A DNA stretch of 64,000 nt from an uncultured delta proteobacterium (lineage in GTDB: Bacteria; Myxococcota_A; Polyangia; Haliangiales; Haliangiaceae). Each line of letters starts with the position of its first letter. The stretch's first letter is position 1. Location of the stretch: contig CAWKDB010000010.1 of the NCBI GenBank assembly GCA_963848295.1, forward strand, positions 2,720,001-2,784,000, read 5' to 3'. The position numbers were made by a program, and so were the translations under genes. Of the stretch, positions 22,823 to 31,237 are shown piece by piece. The notes beneath the pieces are model-generated. The model was given only the letters and a program-made list of their open reading frames with translations, was not told the origin of the DNA and did no database searches.

Positions 22823-23898
22823 GGCGTGGCTCCCTTCGCGCCGAACCCGGCTTTGAGCGCGGTCATCCGTTGGTCGTGACGATCGTTCTCGCGGCTCGTC
22901 GCGACATCGACGCGCACCGCGAGCTTGCCGTCGGCCTTGAGCTCGGCGACCTCCTTGGCGCGCGCCAGCTCGGCCACGCGCTGCGCGTGCAGGGTCAGCT
23001 CGGCCTGGGTGTCTGGATCGGCGAGGAACGCCGCATCCCACTTCGCGCGCAGCTCGGCGATGCGGGCTTCGCGACGTTGCTCGCGCGTCGTGTCGAGCTC
23101 CTGGTCTTGCTTCACCTCGGCGGCCTCGCGGGCCGCGCGATCCTTCGCGAGCTCGTGCTGGCGTGCGGCCCACTCCTGCTCGGCCTGCTTGTGCCGTTCG
23201 TCGTCGAGCTTGCGCGCCTCGGCCTCGGGATCGCCGGTGGCCACGACCTCGAACTGGCCGACCGGGAGGGCGCGACCGTGCTCGCGATGCAACACGATCT
23301 CGCCGGTCGCGGCGCCCGCCGGGATGTCGAACACGATCTCCTCGGGCTTGATCTTCGCGGCCGCGACGTGCGTCCCGGCCCACATCACTTCGATGTCGGG
23401 GGGGAAATTGCGGCCGCGGATGACGACGTGCGCGCCGGGCTTGCCGCGCGCTGGCCAGTAGCTGCTCACGACCGGCCGGTCGATCTTCCATTCGTGATGA
23501 TGATCCTCGCCGGGCGGCGACATTGGTCCGGGCGGTCCGCCCACCGGTGGTGGTGGCGCTCCCGCGGCCGCCCACTCACCTTCGACGTAGGCCCAGGTCG
23601 CGCCGCGCGCCTCCCAGCGGCCCTCGCGCCAGTGCTGGCCGGGGTGCTCCTTCTCCCACCGACCGCGGGTCCACGCCCACTTCTCCGCCTTCCAGTCCCA
23701 GCGACCGGGGATCCACTCGAAGCCGGCCTTGACCCCGTGGTTCTCGGCTTGTGGCGCCGGAGGCGCGAGCCGAGGTCCGTGATCGTCGTGGTGTCCGCGA
23801 TCGTGGTCTTTGTCCTTGTCGTGGTCGTGCGGTTGCGCCAGCGCCGGTGCACTCACCAGCGCGAACGCACCGATCAGCGCCGCTCTCGTCAATCCCAT
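22819..23898 (-). CDS. Secreted protein: YXWGXW repeats + IPT/TIG domain + coiled coil
   Basis: Signal peptide; WIPGRWDW/WTRGRW/WREGRW; PVVSSYWPARGKPGAHVVIRGRNF; SD AGGAGG. Confidence 0.85.
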   Translation of the reverse strand: MGLTRAALIGAFALVSAPALAQPHDHDKDKDHDRGHHDDHGPRLAPPAPQAENHGVKAGFEWIPGRWDWKAEKWAWTRGRWEKEHPGQHWREGRWEARGATWAYVEGEWAAAGAPPPPVGGPPGPMSPPGEDHHHEWKIDRPVVSSYWPARGKPGAHVVIRGRNFPPDIEVMWAGTHVAAAKIKPEEIVFDIPAGAATGEIVLHREHGRALPVGQFEVVATGDPEAEARKLDDERHKQAEQEWAARQHELAKDRAAREAAEVKQDQELDTTREQRREARIAELRAKWDAAFLADPDTQAELTLHAQRVAELARAKEVAELKADGKLAVRVDVATSRENDRHDQRMTALKAGFGAKGATP

Positions 23899-23973
23899 GT
23901 GGTCCTCCTTTTTGGAGGCCCGAGCGTACCGGAAACAACTTTGAGAACCAACGATCTGGGCGCGATCCTGCGT

Positions 23974-25095
23974 TTATGGGCGATTCGAGAAGTGCTGGAC
24001 CGGGAACGGATCGGCGGTCTCGCGCGTGTTGAGCTCGTTGTCATCGGGCAGCGGCTGGACCGGGATCCCGAGCGCCATCAACCCGGCGACGTCGTTGTAG
24101 CGCAGCTCCGCGATCGCGATCGGGCGATCCGTCGCACGCACGAACCGGGTCCACTGCGCGGCCGAGTAGCGCTGCTCGCCGAACTGCGTGCCGAGGCCGA
24201 GCCGACCGGTCGACGGCGCCTCGTCCTTCGCGACCTCGTCATCGCCACCGTAGTCCGCGGCGGTCGCACGACCGGCGTGATACGCGCCGCCTGCGCCTTG
24301 CCCGTTCGCGGCCGGAGCGGCCGTCACCGTCGGAGCCGGCGCCATCTTCTCCGCCGGTTCGTACCCGCGCGGCGGCGGCGGGGGAGCCGGCTGGTCAGCC
24401 GACGCGGTCGTCTTGTCGGCGTCGTAGTGATGGCCGCTGCCCTTGGCGGCGCCGCCGTTGGTGTACGTCGGCGCGGTACCGCGGCGGCTGTCGAGATCAT
24501 CTTTGTAGTCGTAGTGATGGTTCGGGTCTTTCGCCGACGCGTCGACGTTGACATCGTCGGGGGCGACCATCTGCGGTTGACCCTGCTCTTCGAAGATCGC
24601 GACCGCGATCACGCCGACGTTGCGCGCCTTGCCCTTCTGGCCGGCGTACGAGCCGTCGACCGACGAGAATCGGAACGTCGCGACGTTGTCGGTCGAGGTG
24701 CGAAAGCCTTCGATCCGGGTCTCGCCGTACGCCGGCACGACATAGCCGCGCTTGTGGAGGTCGCCGTCTTCGCCATCGATGACGTCGAGACCATCGACCG
24801 TGACGACCGCCTCGACGCGGTTCGGCGTCGGGTTCGTCACGCGGATCGTGTAGCGCTCGCTCGCGCTGCCCTGGACGTAGAACCGATCCTTGAACGCGTA
24901 CGTCGGCTCGGTCGAGCCGTCTTCGCGGATGACCTGGACGTCGTAAGGCGCGCGGACCTTCGCGTTCGCGATCGCGAGCGCGGTGCGCGGTGCGGCGATC
25001 TGCTGACCGGGCGGGCCGGGGTTGAGATCGGCGTAGGCCGACGAGCAAGCGGCGGCGAACAGGAGCGACGCGAGGACGGTGCGGAGGCTCGACAT
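23974..25095 (-). CDS. Conserved secreted hypothetical protein
   Basis: Signal peptide; ERYTIRVTN...VTVDGLDVIDG...GYVV...IEGFR...NVGVIAVAIFEE; LGTQFGE. Confidence 0.8.
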   Translation of the reverse strand: MSSLRTVLASLLFAAACSSAYADLNPGPPGQQIAAPRTALAIANAKVRAPYDVQVIREDGSTEPTYAFKDRFYVQGSASERYTIRVTNPTPNRVEAVVTVDGLDVIDGEDGDLHKRGYVVPAYGETRIEGFRTSTDNVATFRFSSVDGSYAGQKGKARNVGVIAVAIFEEQGQPQMVAPDDVNVDASAKDPNHHYDYKDDLDSRRGTAPTYTNGGAAKGSGHHYDADKTTASADQPAPPPPPRGYEPAEKMAPAPTVTAAPAANGQGAGGAYHAGRATAADYGGDDEVAKDEAPSTGRLGLGTQFGEQRYSAAQWTRFVRATDRPIAIAELRYNDVAGLMALGIPVQPLPDDNELNTRETADPFPVQHFSNRP

Positions 25096-25190
25096 GGGTC
25101 ATGAAGACGCACGAGCTAGCCGCTTCGATCTAAGACGATTGGGGCTGTGATCTCGACTAGATAGCCGGCGCCGTGTGTATAGTGCCCGAC

Positions 25191-25853
25191 ATGGCGCCGA
25201 AGCAAGCTCGGGGTAAGTCCAAGCCGGCGCGCGGCTCGATCGAACCGCGCCGCCCTTCGGCGGTGCGTGGCTCGGCCAAGCCGACGAAAGCCGCGCGCAG
25301 GGGGCCACCCGACGTCGTGCTGTCCGATCCGACGTTGTTCGACCCGTTGACCCCGGGCGAGACCGCCGATGCGCTGCGCACGCTCACCGAGGATCGCCGC
25401 GTCGCCACGATGGCGAAGGTCGGCCGCTACCGCGTGATCTGCACCGAGCCGCTCGTCGTCAAGCCGCCGCACTGGATGGCCGGACATCGGCTCGCGCGCG
25501 TCGTCGCATACGACTACGCGTCGGATCGCGCGGTCGATGCGTGCGTCGATCTCGATGCCGGCGTCGTCGCGCACCTCGAGCTGACTCGAGCGCAGCCGAT
25601 GTTGTCGCGCGAAGAAGAAGCGCTCGCCGTTTCGATCGCGACGCTCGACGAGCGCGTGCGCGATCGCCTGCAGCTCGGCGATGCGCCGCAGGCGACGATG
25701 CATCATTGGGGACGCCTCCCCGGCGATCTCGCGTTCGAGCGCCGCTCCGCCGCGGTCGTGTTCGGTCGCAACGATGGCCACGCGACGTTGATCGCGGTCG
25801 TCGATCTCCTCGATCAGATGGTGACGCAGGTCGTCCCCGCCGGGATGTGGTGA
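25191..25853 (+). CDS. Hypothetical protein resembling the N-terminal (N2/N3) domains of copper amine oxidases
   Basis: FDPLTPGE..A; VAYDY...VDL...V; QPMLSREE; ends VVDL....V; co-transcribed with the next gene. Confidence 0.55.
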   Translation: MAPKQARGKSKPARGSIEPRRPSAVRGSAKPTKAARRGPPDVVLSDPTLFDPLTPGETADALRTLTEDRRVATMAKVGRYRVICTEPLVVKPPHWMAGHRLARVVAYDYASDRAVDACVDLDAGVVAHLELTRAQPMLSREEEALAVSIATLDERVRDRLQLGDAPQATMHHWGRLPGDLAFERRSAAVVFGRNDGHATLIAVVDLLDQMVTQVVPAGMW

Positions 25854-25856
25854 GCG

Positions 25857-26661
25857 ATGAGTAACCAGATCTCCGAAGCGAACTGGAAGTTCAACTGGCG
25901 GCTCACCGAGTCCGCCGGGATCATGATCTACCTCGCCGACTTCAAGGGCCGGCGCGTGTTGTGGGAAGGCTCGCTGCCGTTCGTCACCGTCGATCATCAG
26001 CACGAGACGCTCGATGTCGACAGCGATCCGGGCGAGGTCCACGGCCCGTGGTGGGTGCCGCTCGGCGCTCGCACGTTGAACGGCCCGGTCCGCGTCCAGT
26101 CGTTCCGCGGCGGCGTCGAGCTGTCGGCGAGCTTCGCGGCGGGGCCGTATCACTACACCCAGCTGTGGCGGTTCCACGACGACGGTCGGATCTCGCCGTG
26201 GCTGACGATCTTCGGGCCCGGCGTGCACGACCAGCACACGTATCACCCGCACTTCCGGTTCGACTTCGATCTCGACGGCGCGCGCGACGATGCGTTCGAG
26301 CGCTACGAAGACGGCCGCTGGCAGCGCGTCGAGCACGAGGGCTGGTTTCCGTATTCCGGCGAGGCCGACGATCACGGCAACGTGTGGCGCCAGGTCGATT
26401 TCGGCTCGCGCGCGGCGATCAACATCCGGCCCGCACACCTGGGACGACGCCGAGATGTTCGCGATCCGCTATCACGACGGCGAATGGGCGCCGTTCTCGC
26501 CGCGCAGCGCCGCGGGCAGCCAGCCGTTTCCAGCCGCGTACGTCGGCGACGAGCCGCTCGACGGCGATGACGTCACGCTGTGGTACGTCGCGCACGTCCA
26601 CTTCGATCAATCGTTTCCGTACACCGCGGGTCCGTGGATCCGCGTCGAGTGGCCGAAGTAA
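25857..26661 (+). CDS. Truncated copper-amine-oxidase catalytic-domain-like protein; frameshift near 26432
   Basis: WKFNWRL...GI...VLWEGSLP; GPYHYTQLWRFHDDGRI; HTYHPHFRFDFDLDG; EPLDGDDVTLWYVAHVH (ORFs 25857..26570 + 26290..26661). Confidence 0.65.
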
Positions 26662-26673
26662 TCAGCGCGTCGC
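26640..26673 (+). repeat. Left copy of a 34-bp perfect direct repeat flanking the ParE-type TA module
   Basis: ccgcgtcgagtggccgaagtaatcagcgcgtcgc, identical to 27268-27301. Confidence 0.97.
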
Positions 26674-26730
26674 CGGGCTCGCGAGGGTGGCTGTGGATCG
26701 GCCTGTCGCGGAGGTGCTATGGTTGTATTG

Positions 26731-26958
26731 ATGCTGGTCATCAAGACCACCGTTCGCAACGGGCGGATCGTCGTCGACGAGCCGACGAGCCTCCCGGACG
26801 GTCGCGAGGTCGAGCTGTGCGTCGTGAACGACGACGGCATGAAGGAAGACGAGCGCGCTCGGTTGCACGCCTCGATCGCCCGCGGTCTTGCAGATGGCCG
26901 CGCCGGTCGCGAGGCCGACCTCGGAGCGTTTCTGGATCAGCTCGACGACGAATCGTGA
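26731..26958 (+). CDS. Putative type II antitoxin
   Basis: Small acidic protein (VRNGRIVVDEPTSLPDG..., SIARGLADGRAGR) overlapping a RelE/ParE toxin gene; leaderless extended -10 TGcTATGGT. Confidence 0.75.
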   Translation: MLVIKTTVRNGRIVVDEPTSLPDGREVELCVVNDDGMKEDERARLHASIARGLADGRAGREADLGAFLDQLDDES

Positions 26959-27260
26959 AGGTCGTCCTGACCGAGGAAGCGCAGCGCCAGGCGCGCGCCG
27001 AGCGGCGGTGGTGGCGCGAGCACCGCGACGCCAAGCAGCTGTTCACCGCCGAACTGCGTAACGCGCGCGAGCTGCTCGCCAACGCGCCGAAGCACGAGGT
27101 CTACGGCTCCTTCGACGGCCAGCCCGTTCGGCGGTTGTTACTGGCGAAGACGCGTTGCCATGTCTACTACTACGTCGTCGAGCGCGAGCAGCTGGTCCGC
27201 ATCGTCGCCATCTGGGGCTCGACTCGCGGTTCGGACCCGAGCAAGGTCGAGCCGCGGTGA
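26955..27260 (+). CDS. RelE/ParE-family toxin
   Basis: VKVVLTEEAQRQ...WW...VRRLLL..TRCHVYY...VRIVAIWG..RG; GTGA overlap. Confidence 0.82.
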   Translation: MKVVLTEEAQRQARAERRWWREHRDAKQLFTAELRNARELLANAPKHEVYGSFDGQPVRRLLLAKTRCHVYYYVVEREQLVRIVAIWGSTRGSDPSKVEPR

Positions 27261-27267
27261 GCGCGCC

Positions 27268-27301
27268 CCGCGTCGAGTGGCCGAAGTAATCAGCGCGTCG
27301 C
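27268..27301 (+). repeat. Right copy of the 34-bp direct repeat
   Basis: Identical to 26640-26673; supplies the stop codon of the downstream minus-strand gene. Confidence 0.97.
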
Positions 27302-27947
27302 GTCGAACGCGGCCGAGTGCAGCCCGAACATCACCGCGATCGCGCGGTCGTCCGGATCGATCAGATCGACGCGGCCCTGCACGGCGACCGTGACGAACGG
27401 CGTGAGCCACACGCTCGCTCGGGCGCGAGCATCGATGACGCCATCGAGGTCGATGTCGGCCGGGCCCTGACTCGCGTCGAGCGCGAACACGCGTAGGCCA
27501 CCCGCGAGATCGCCGCCGAGCATGAAGCGCCCGAACGTGATCTGCTTGCCGATCGCGAGCGTGTTGCGCAAGAACGTGCCGGTCGCCGCGCTCGCTGGAC
27601 CGGTCATGTCGAGCGCGAGCACGAAGTCGTCTGCGAAGTACCAGACCGTGCGGCAGCCCGAGGTGCCAGCCGAATTCGAGGCCGCGGCCGTCGAGCTCTC
27701 CGGCCATCGGCGATCCCGTCGCGGTCCGCGCAGCCACGGGCATCGACGCCAGCGCACCTTCGACCATCGCGCGATCGGCGGTGATCGTCGTGATCCCGAG
27801 GTCGAGGCCGAGCGAGATCGGCAGTCGCCACATCCCGAACCGATGACAGTGGCGATAGCCGACGACCTTCGAGACTTCGTGACAGCTCGAGTGCGCCTCG
27901 GCGAGGTGCGGCACGAGCAGCGCGAGGACGAGCAATGCAGCCTTCAT
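27290..27947 (-). CDS. Small outer-membrane beta-barrel-like protein, array copy 1 (frameshift near 27650)
   Basis: MKAALLVL..AEA signal; CHEVSKVVGYRHCHRFGMW; DARARASVWLTPFVTV; ends LHSAAFDATR. Confidence 0.7.
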
Positions 27948-28411
27948 GGCGGACCTCCGCGCACACAGCCAGCGCTGGGCGGTGGCCGCGCCCGGCTCGA
28001 TCGCGCCGATGTCGACGCAGACCTCCGCGAACTGCGCCGCCGGCGTATCGCGACCGTCGCGATATTCGATGAGCTCCTGGCCGTGGCCGAGCGCGAGGAT
28101 CAGGCGCGACCGCGATCTCTTGGCCCGGATCGTACGGACGGAGCGGGACCTCGCCGCCATCGAGCCCGCGCGCGACGACCGGCAGGTTCGCGAGGTCGAC
28201 GTTCACGCGATGCTCGCAGCGATTGCCGAACGTGTAGCCGATCGACCGGGCCCATCGTGTAGCCCTGGTCGTCGCGGGTCACCGCGAGATCGAGGCAGCT
28301 CGTCGTCGCGCGTTGGCCGGGAAAACGGATCCGCCACAGGTAGTCAAACGAGCCGGCGTGGTAGCCGCAGCCGGCGACGAGCGCGACGGCGAGCGCGAGC
28401 GGGCGAGTCAT
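27944..28411 (-). CDS. Cys-rich lipoprotein, array copy 1 (several frameshifts)
   Basis: VAGCGYHAGSF, CLDLAV, GNRCEH.V.VDLANL, VCVDIG, W.C; spread over ORFs 28100..28420, 27604..28206 and 27138..28160. Confidence 0.68.
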
Positions 28412-28501
28412 GCTCGACATGATCGCTACGATCGCGCCGCGACTTGCTAAGGCCGCGTGAAGGCTTCGTGGCTCAGGAAGTCTTAACGGTCGCGCCCGCG
28501 G

Positions 28502-29143
28502 TCAGCGCGTCGCGTCGAACGCGCGCAAGTGCGCGCCGAACATGACCGCGACCGCGGCGTCGTGACTGTCGAGCAGATCGACGCGGCCCTGGACGCCGAG
28601 CGTGATCCACGGCGTCAGCCAGACATCGGCCTGCGCGCGTGCATCGATGACGCCGTCGAGCGCGACCTGATCGTGCGCGACCGCGCCGGGCGGCGCGAAG
28701 TCGGTGAACCGAAACCCGCCGGCGAGATCGCCGCCGATCGTGAGTCGCCCGAACGTGTGCTGCATGCCGACGCCGAAGTCATCGCGACCGGTCGCGACGC
28801 TATCGCCGGTCAGCGGATCCGTGATCCCGAGCGCGAGCGTCAAGTCGTTGCTGACGTACCAGCCGTGCGGCAGCGAGAACCGATAGCCGAACATGAAGCC
28901 GTGCGCGTCGAGTGACCCGGACACCGGTTCCCCGGTCGCCTCGCGCGCGATCGCCATCCCGGTCGGCCGCTCGACCGCGAGCGTCGTGATCCCGAGCTCG
29001 AGCGACATCGATATCGGCACCGACCACATGCCGAACCGCCCGCAGCGGGGATAACCGACCACCTTCGCGACCTCGTGGCAGGTCGGCTCCGCCTCGGCGA
29101 GCTGCGGCACGAGCAGCGCGACGACGACCACCGCCGCCTTCAT
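28502..29143 (-). CDS. Small outer-membrane beta-barrel-like protein, array copy 2
   Basis: Signal peptide; CHEVAKVVGYPRCGRFGMW; alternating amphipathic strands; ends AHLRAFDATR. Confidence 0.78.
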   Translation of the reverse strand: MKAAVVVVALLVPQLAEAEPTCHEVAKVVGYPRCGRFGMWSVPISMSLELGITTLAVERPTGMAIAREATGEPVSGSLDAHGFMFGYRFSLPHGWYVSNDLTLALGITDPLTGDSVATGRDDFGVGMQHTFGRLTIGGDLAGGFRFTDFAPPGAVAHDQVALDGVIDARAQADVWLTPWITLGVQGRVDLLDSHDAAVAVMFGAHLRAFDATR

Positions 29144-29604
29144 CGCGGACCTCCGACGCACACCCAGCGTTCGCTGCGCCGGCTCTCCGGCTCGAGCGCG
29201 CCGACATCGACGCAGACATCTGCGGTGTGCGCCGCGGGCGTGCCGGCCGAGTCGCGATACTCGATCTCCTCCTGACCTTCGCCGAGCGCGACGATCGCCG
29301 CGGGCCGGAGCTCGGCGTCCGGATCGTACGCGTGCAACGGCGTGACCGCGCCATCGATCCCGCGAGCGACGACGCGCAGGTTCGCGAGGTCGACCATCAC
29401 GCGGTGCTCGCAGCGATTGCCGAACGTGTAGTCGATCACCGGCCCGAGCGTGTAGCCCTGATCATCGCGGCCGACGCCGAGATCGAGACACGCACCGGCG
29501 ACGCGTTGACCGACGAACGGATGCCAGTAGTAGTCGAACGAGCTCGGCTTGTAGCTACAGCCGGCGACGACGAGCGGGGCGAGCCAGATAAGTCGATGAG
29601 CCAT
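29140..29604 (-). CDS. Cys-rich lipoprotein, array copy 2
   Basis: VAGCSYKPSSF, CLDLGV, FGNRCEH, VCVDVG, WVC; ATGA coupling to the barrel gene. Confidence 0.82.
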   Translation of the reverse strand: MAHRLIWLAPLVVAGCSYKPSSFDYYWHPFVGQRVAGACLDLGVGRDDQGYTLGPVIDYTFGNRCEHRVMVDLANLRVVARGIDGAVTPLHAYDPDAELRPAAIVALGEGQEEIEYRDSAGTPAAHTADVCVDVGALEPESRRSERWVCVGGPR

Positions 29605-29712
29605 GACTCATGTTGGCCCGCTCGCGGATCAAAGCCACGACGCTCGGGAAATACTATCGGCCGTAAATATTAAGCGCGTTAACATCGCGTGCGCGCGAGT
29701 GTGAAGCGCGAA

Positions 29713-29919
29713 ACATGTCGCTCTGTCGACGTCGAGCTGCGCCATCAGAATTTGCGCCAGCCGTCGCTGAAGACGCCGTGCCGGTAGACCCGAGCGTTAT
29801 ACGCGTCGATCGCGTCACGATTATCGGCGAGCCAAGCCCCGCGGTCCGCCGTGCGGATCGCGACCTCTTCGCGCGCCCACCAGGTCGGCTCTCACCGACA
29901 GATCGATCGGCGTCTTCAT
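29713..29919 (-). pseudogene. ccdA: Degraded ccdA-ccdB toxin-antitoxin locus (ccdA with internal deletion/frameshift; only the first codons of ccdB remain)
   Basis: Minus strand reads MKTPIDLSVRADLV, then in a shifted frame EEVAIRTADRGAWLADNRDAIDAYNARVYRHGVFSDGWRKF* (CcdA C-terminal signature). A TGATG overlap leads into MAQLDVDR, like the CcdB start MAQFDVY. Confidence 0.8.
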
Positions 29920-29957
29920 ACGCATCATCATAATATGCGCAGGCTCTCCGGGGATGC

Positions 29958-30632
29958 TCAACGATCGCGCCCGAACGCGCGGGTATGCAGCGCGAAGTAC
30001 AAGCCGCTCGACCAGCTGCCCGCGTCGATCACGCTCGCGCCCGCGTCCGCGCCGACCGCGATCCACGGGTTCAGCCATAGCTCGCCGCGAACGCGCGCTT
30101 CGACGATGGGAACCGCGAGGCCCGTCGCGGCGGTCGCGGGATCGAACGAGACAACGCCCACACCGCCCTCGAGCTCGACCGACAACGACGCGCGGCCGGC
30201 GCGATGCCGCACACCGAGCACGCCGCCGAGCCCGACGTACGTATACGGATCCGGCGTCGTCGAGCCGCCCGACACGATGCCATCGACCGACGTCTCGATC
30301 GCGAAGTACAGATGATGCGGCAGGCCGACACCGAGTCGATCGGTGGCGCCGATCGCGAGCAAGCCAGTGCGGCGCCCCCCGGACGTCATGCCCGCGGTGC
30401 GAGCGGCGGGCGCGAACGGCACGTCGAGCTCGAGGTGCCTGACCTCCGTGCCGAGCTCGATGATCAGGTCCGGGAACCGCGCGCTGATCGACCAGACGCC
30501 AAACGGATTGCACGCCGAGAACCCGACGACCTCGCATGGGCACCGCGGCCCGACCGCGAACCCGCCGTTATCGGCACGAGCCGCGCCGGCGATCGCCGCG
30601 AGCCCGCTCGCGATGGCGACAGCGCGAATCAC
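29958..30632 (-). CDS. Small outer-membrane beta-barrel-like protein, array copy 3
   Basis: Signal peptide; CPCEVVGFSACNPFGVW; EARVRGELWLNPW; ends LHTRAFGRDR. Confidence 0.78.
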   Translation of the reverse strand: MIRAVAIASGLAAIAGAARADNGGFAVGPRCPCEVVGFSACNPFGVWSISARFPDLIIELGTEVRHLELDVPFAPAARTAGMTSGGRRTGLLAIGATDRLGVGLPHHLYFAIETSVDGIVSGGSTTPDPYTYVGLGGVLGVRHRAGRASLSVELEGGVGVVSFDPATAATGLAVPIVEARVRGELWLNPWIAVGADAGASVIDAGSWSSGLYFALHTRAFGRDR

Positions 30633-31078
30633 GGCGTCACCGCCAGGCGGCCATCGCCGAAGCACATCCATTGCGCAGCCGTCGCGTGCGCGATCGGCGC
30701 GACGTCGACGCACACCGCAGCGAGCTCGCCCGGCCCGGCGTCGTACGCGATCACCTCGCGCCCGGCCATTCGACCGTCGATCGGCAGCGCGCGCAGCTCG
30801 TTCCGGAGATCGACCGGCGCCATCGCGAGCTCACGACCATCGCCGGTCCGGCCAACCACGTGCACCGCGGCGAGATCGACGACGGTCGGATGATCGCAAC
30901 GATTGCCGAAGTCGTACTCGAGCTCGGCGATCCCATCGCGCTCGCTCCGCCCGGCGACCGAAACATCGAGGCAGCCCAGCGTCGCGCGCTGCCCCGGGAA
31001 ATCGATGGCGAGCCGGCGGAACGATCCGGGCTGGTAGGCACAACCGGTGATCGCGACGAGCGAGACGACGCAGCGCAT
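30629..31078 (-). CDS. Cys-rich lipoprotein, array copy 3
   Basis: ITGCAYQPGSF, CLDVSV, FGNRCDH, VCVDVA, WMC; GTGA coupling. Confidence 0.82.
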   Translation of the reverse strand: MRCVVSLVAITGCAYQPGSFRRLAIDFPGQRATLGCLDVSVAGRSERDGIAELEYDFGNRCDHPTVVDLAAVHVVGRTGDGRELAMAPVDLRNELRALPIDGRMAGREVIAYDAGPGELAAVCVDVAPIAHATAAQWMCFGDGRLAVTP

Positions 31079-31088
31079 ACCCGCCGCA

Positions 31089-31106
31089 TAGCAAGACGTC
31101 GGCCGA
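31089..31106 (-). promoter_or_regulatory. Putative sigma-54 promoter
   Basis: Minus strand TCGGCCGACGTCTTGCTA (GG-N10-GC with TTGC), 13 nt upstream of ATG 31078. Confidence 0.5.
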
Positions 31107-31237
31107 CCGCGAACCGCTCGATTGCCGTGCGATGGCGCGGACCTGCCTCATCGTGCCGCGTCGCTGACGCAACACCGTCATCGGGTTGCAACAACGTCGC
31201 GCTTGCGGTGCGCAGCGCCGAGCATGATGGTCCGGCG

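Noticed and set aside
31078..31088. 11-bp match tacccgccgca with 32297-32307 as a repeat flanking the Kelch gene
   Set aside because: Too short to be significant at this GC content.
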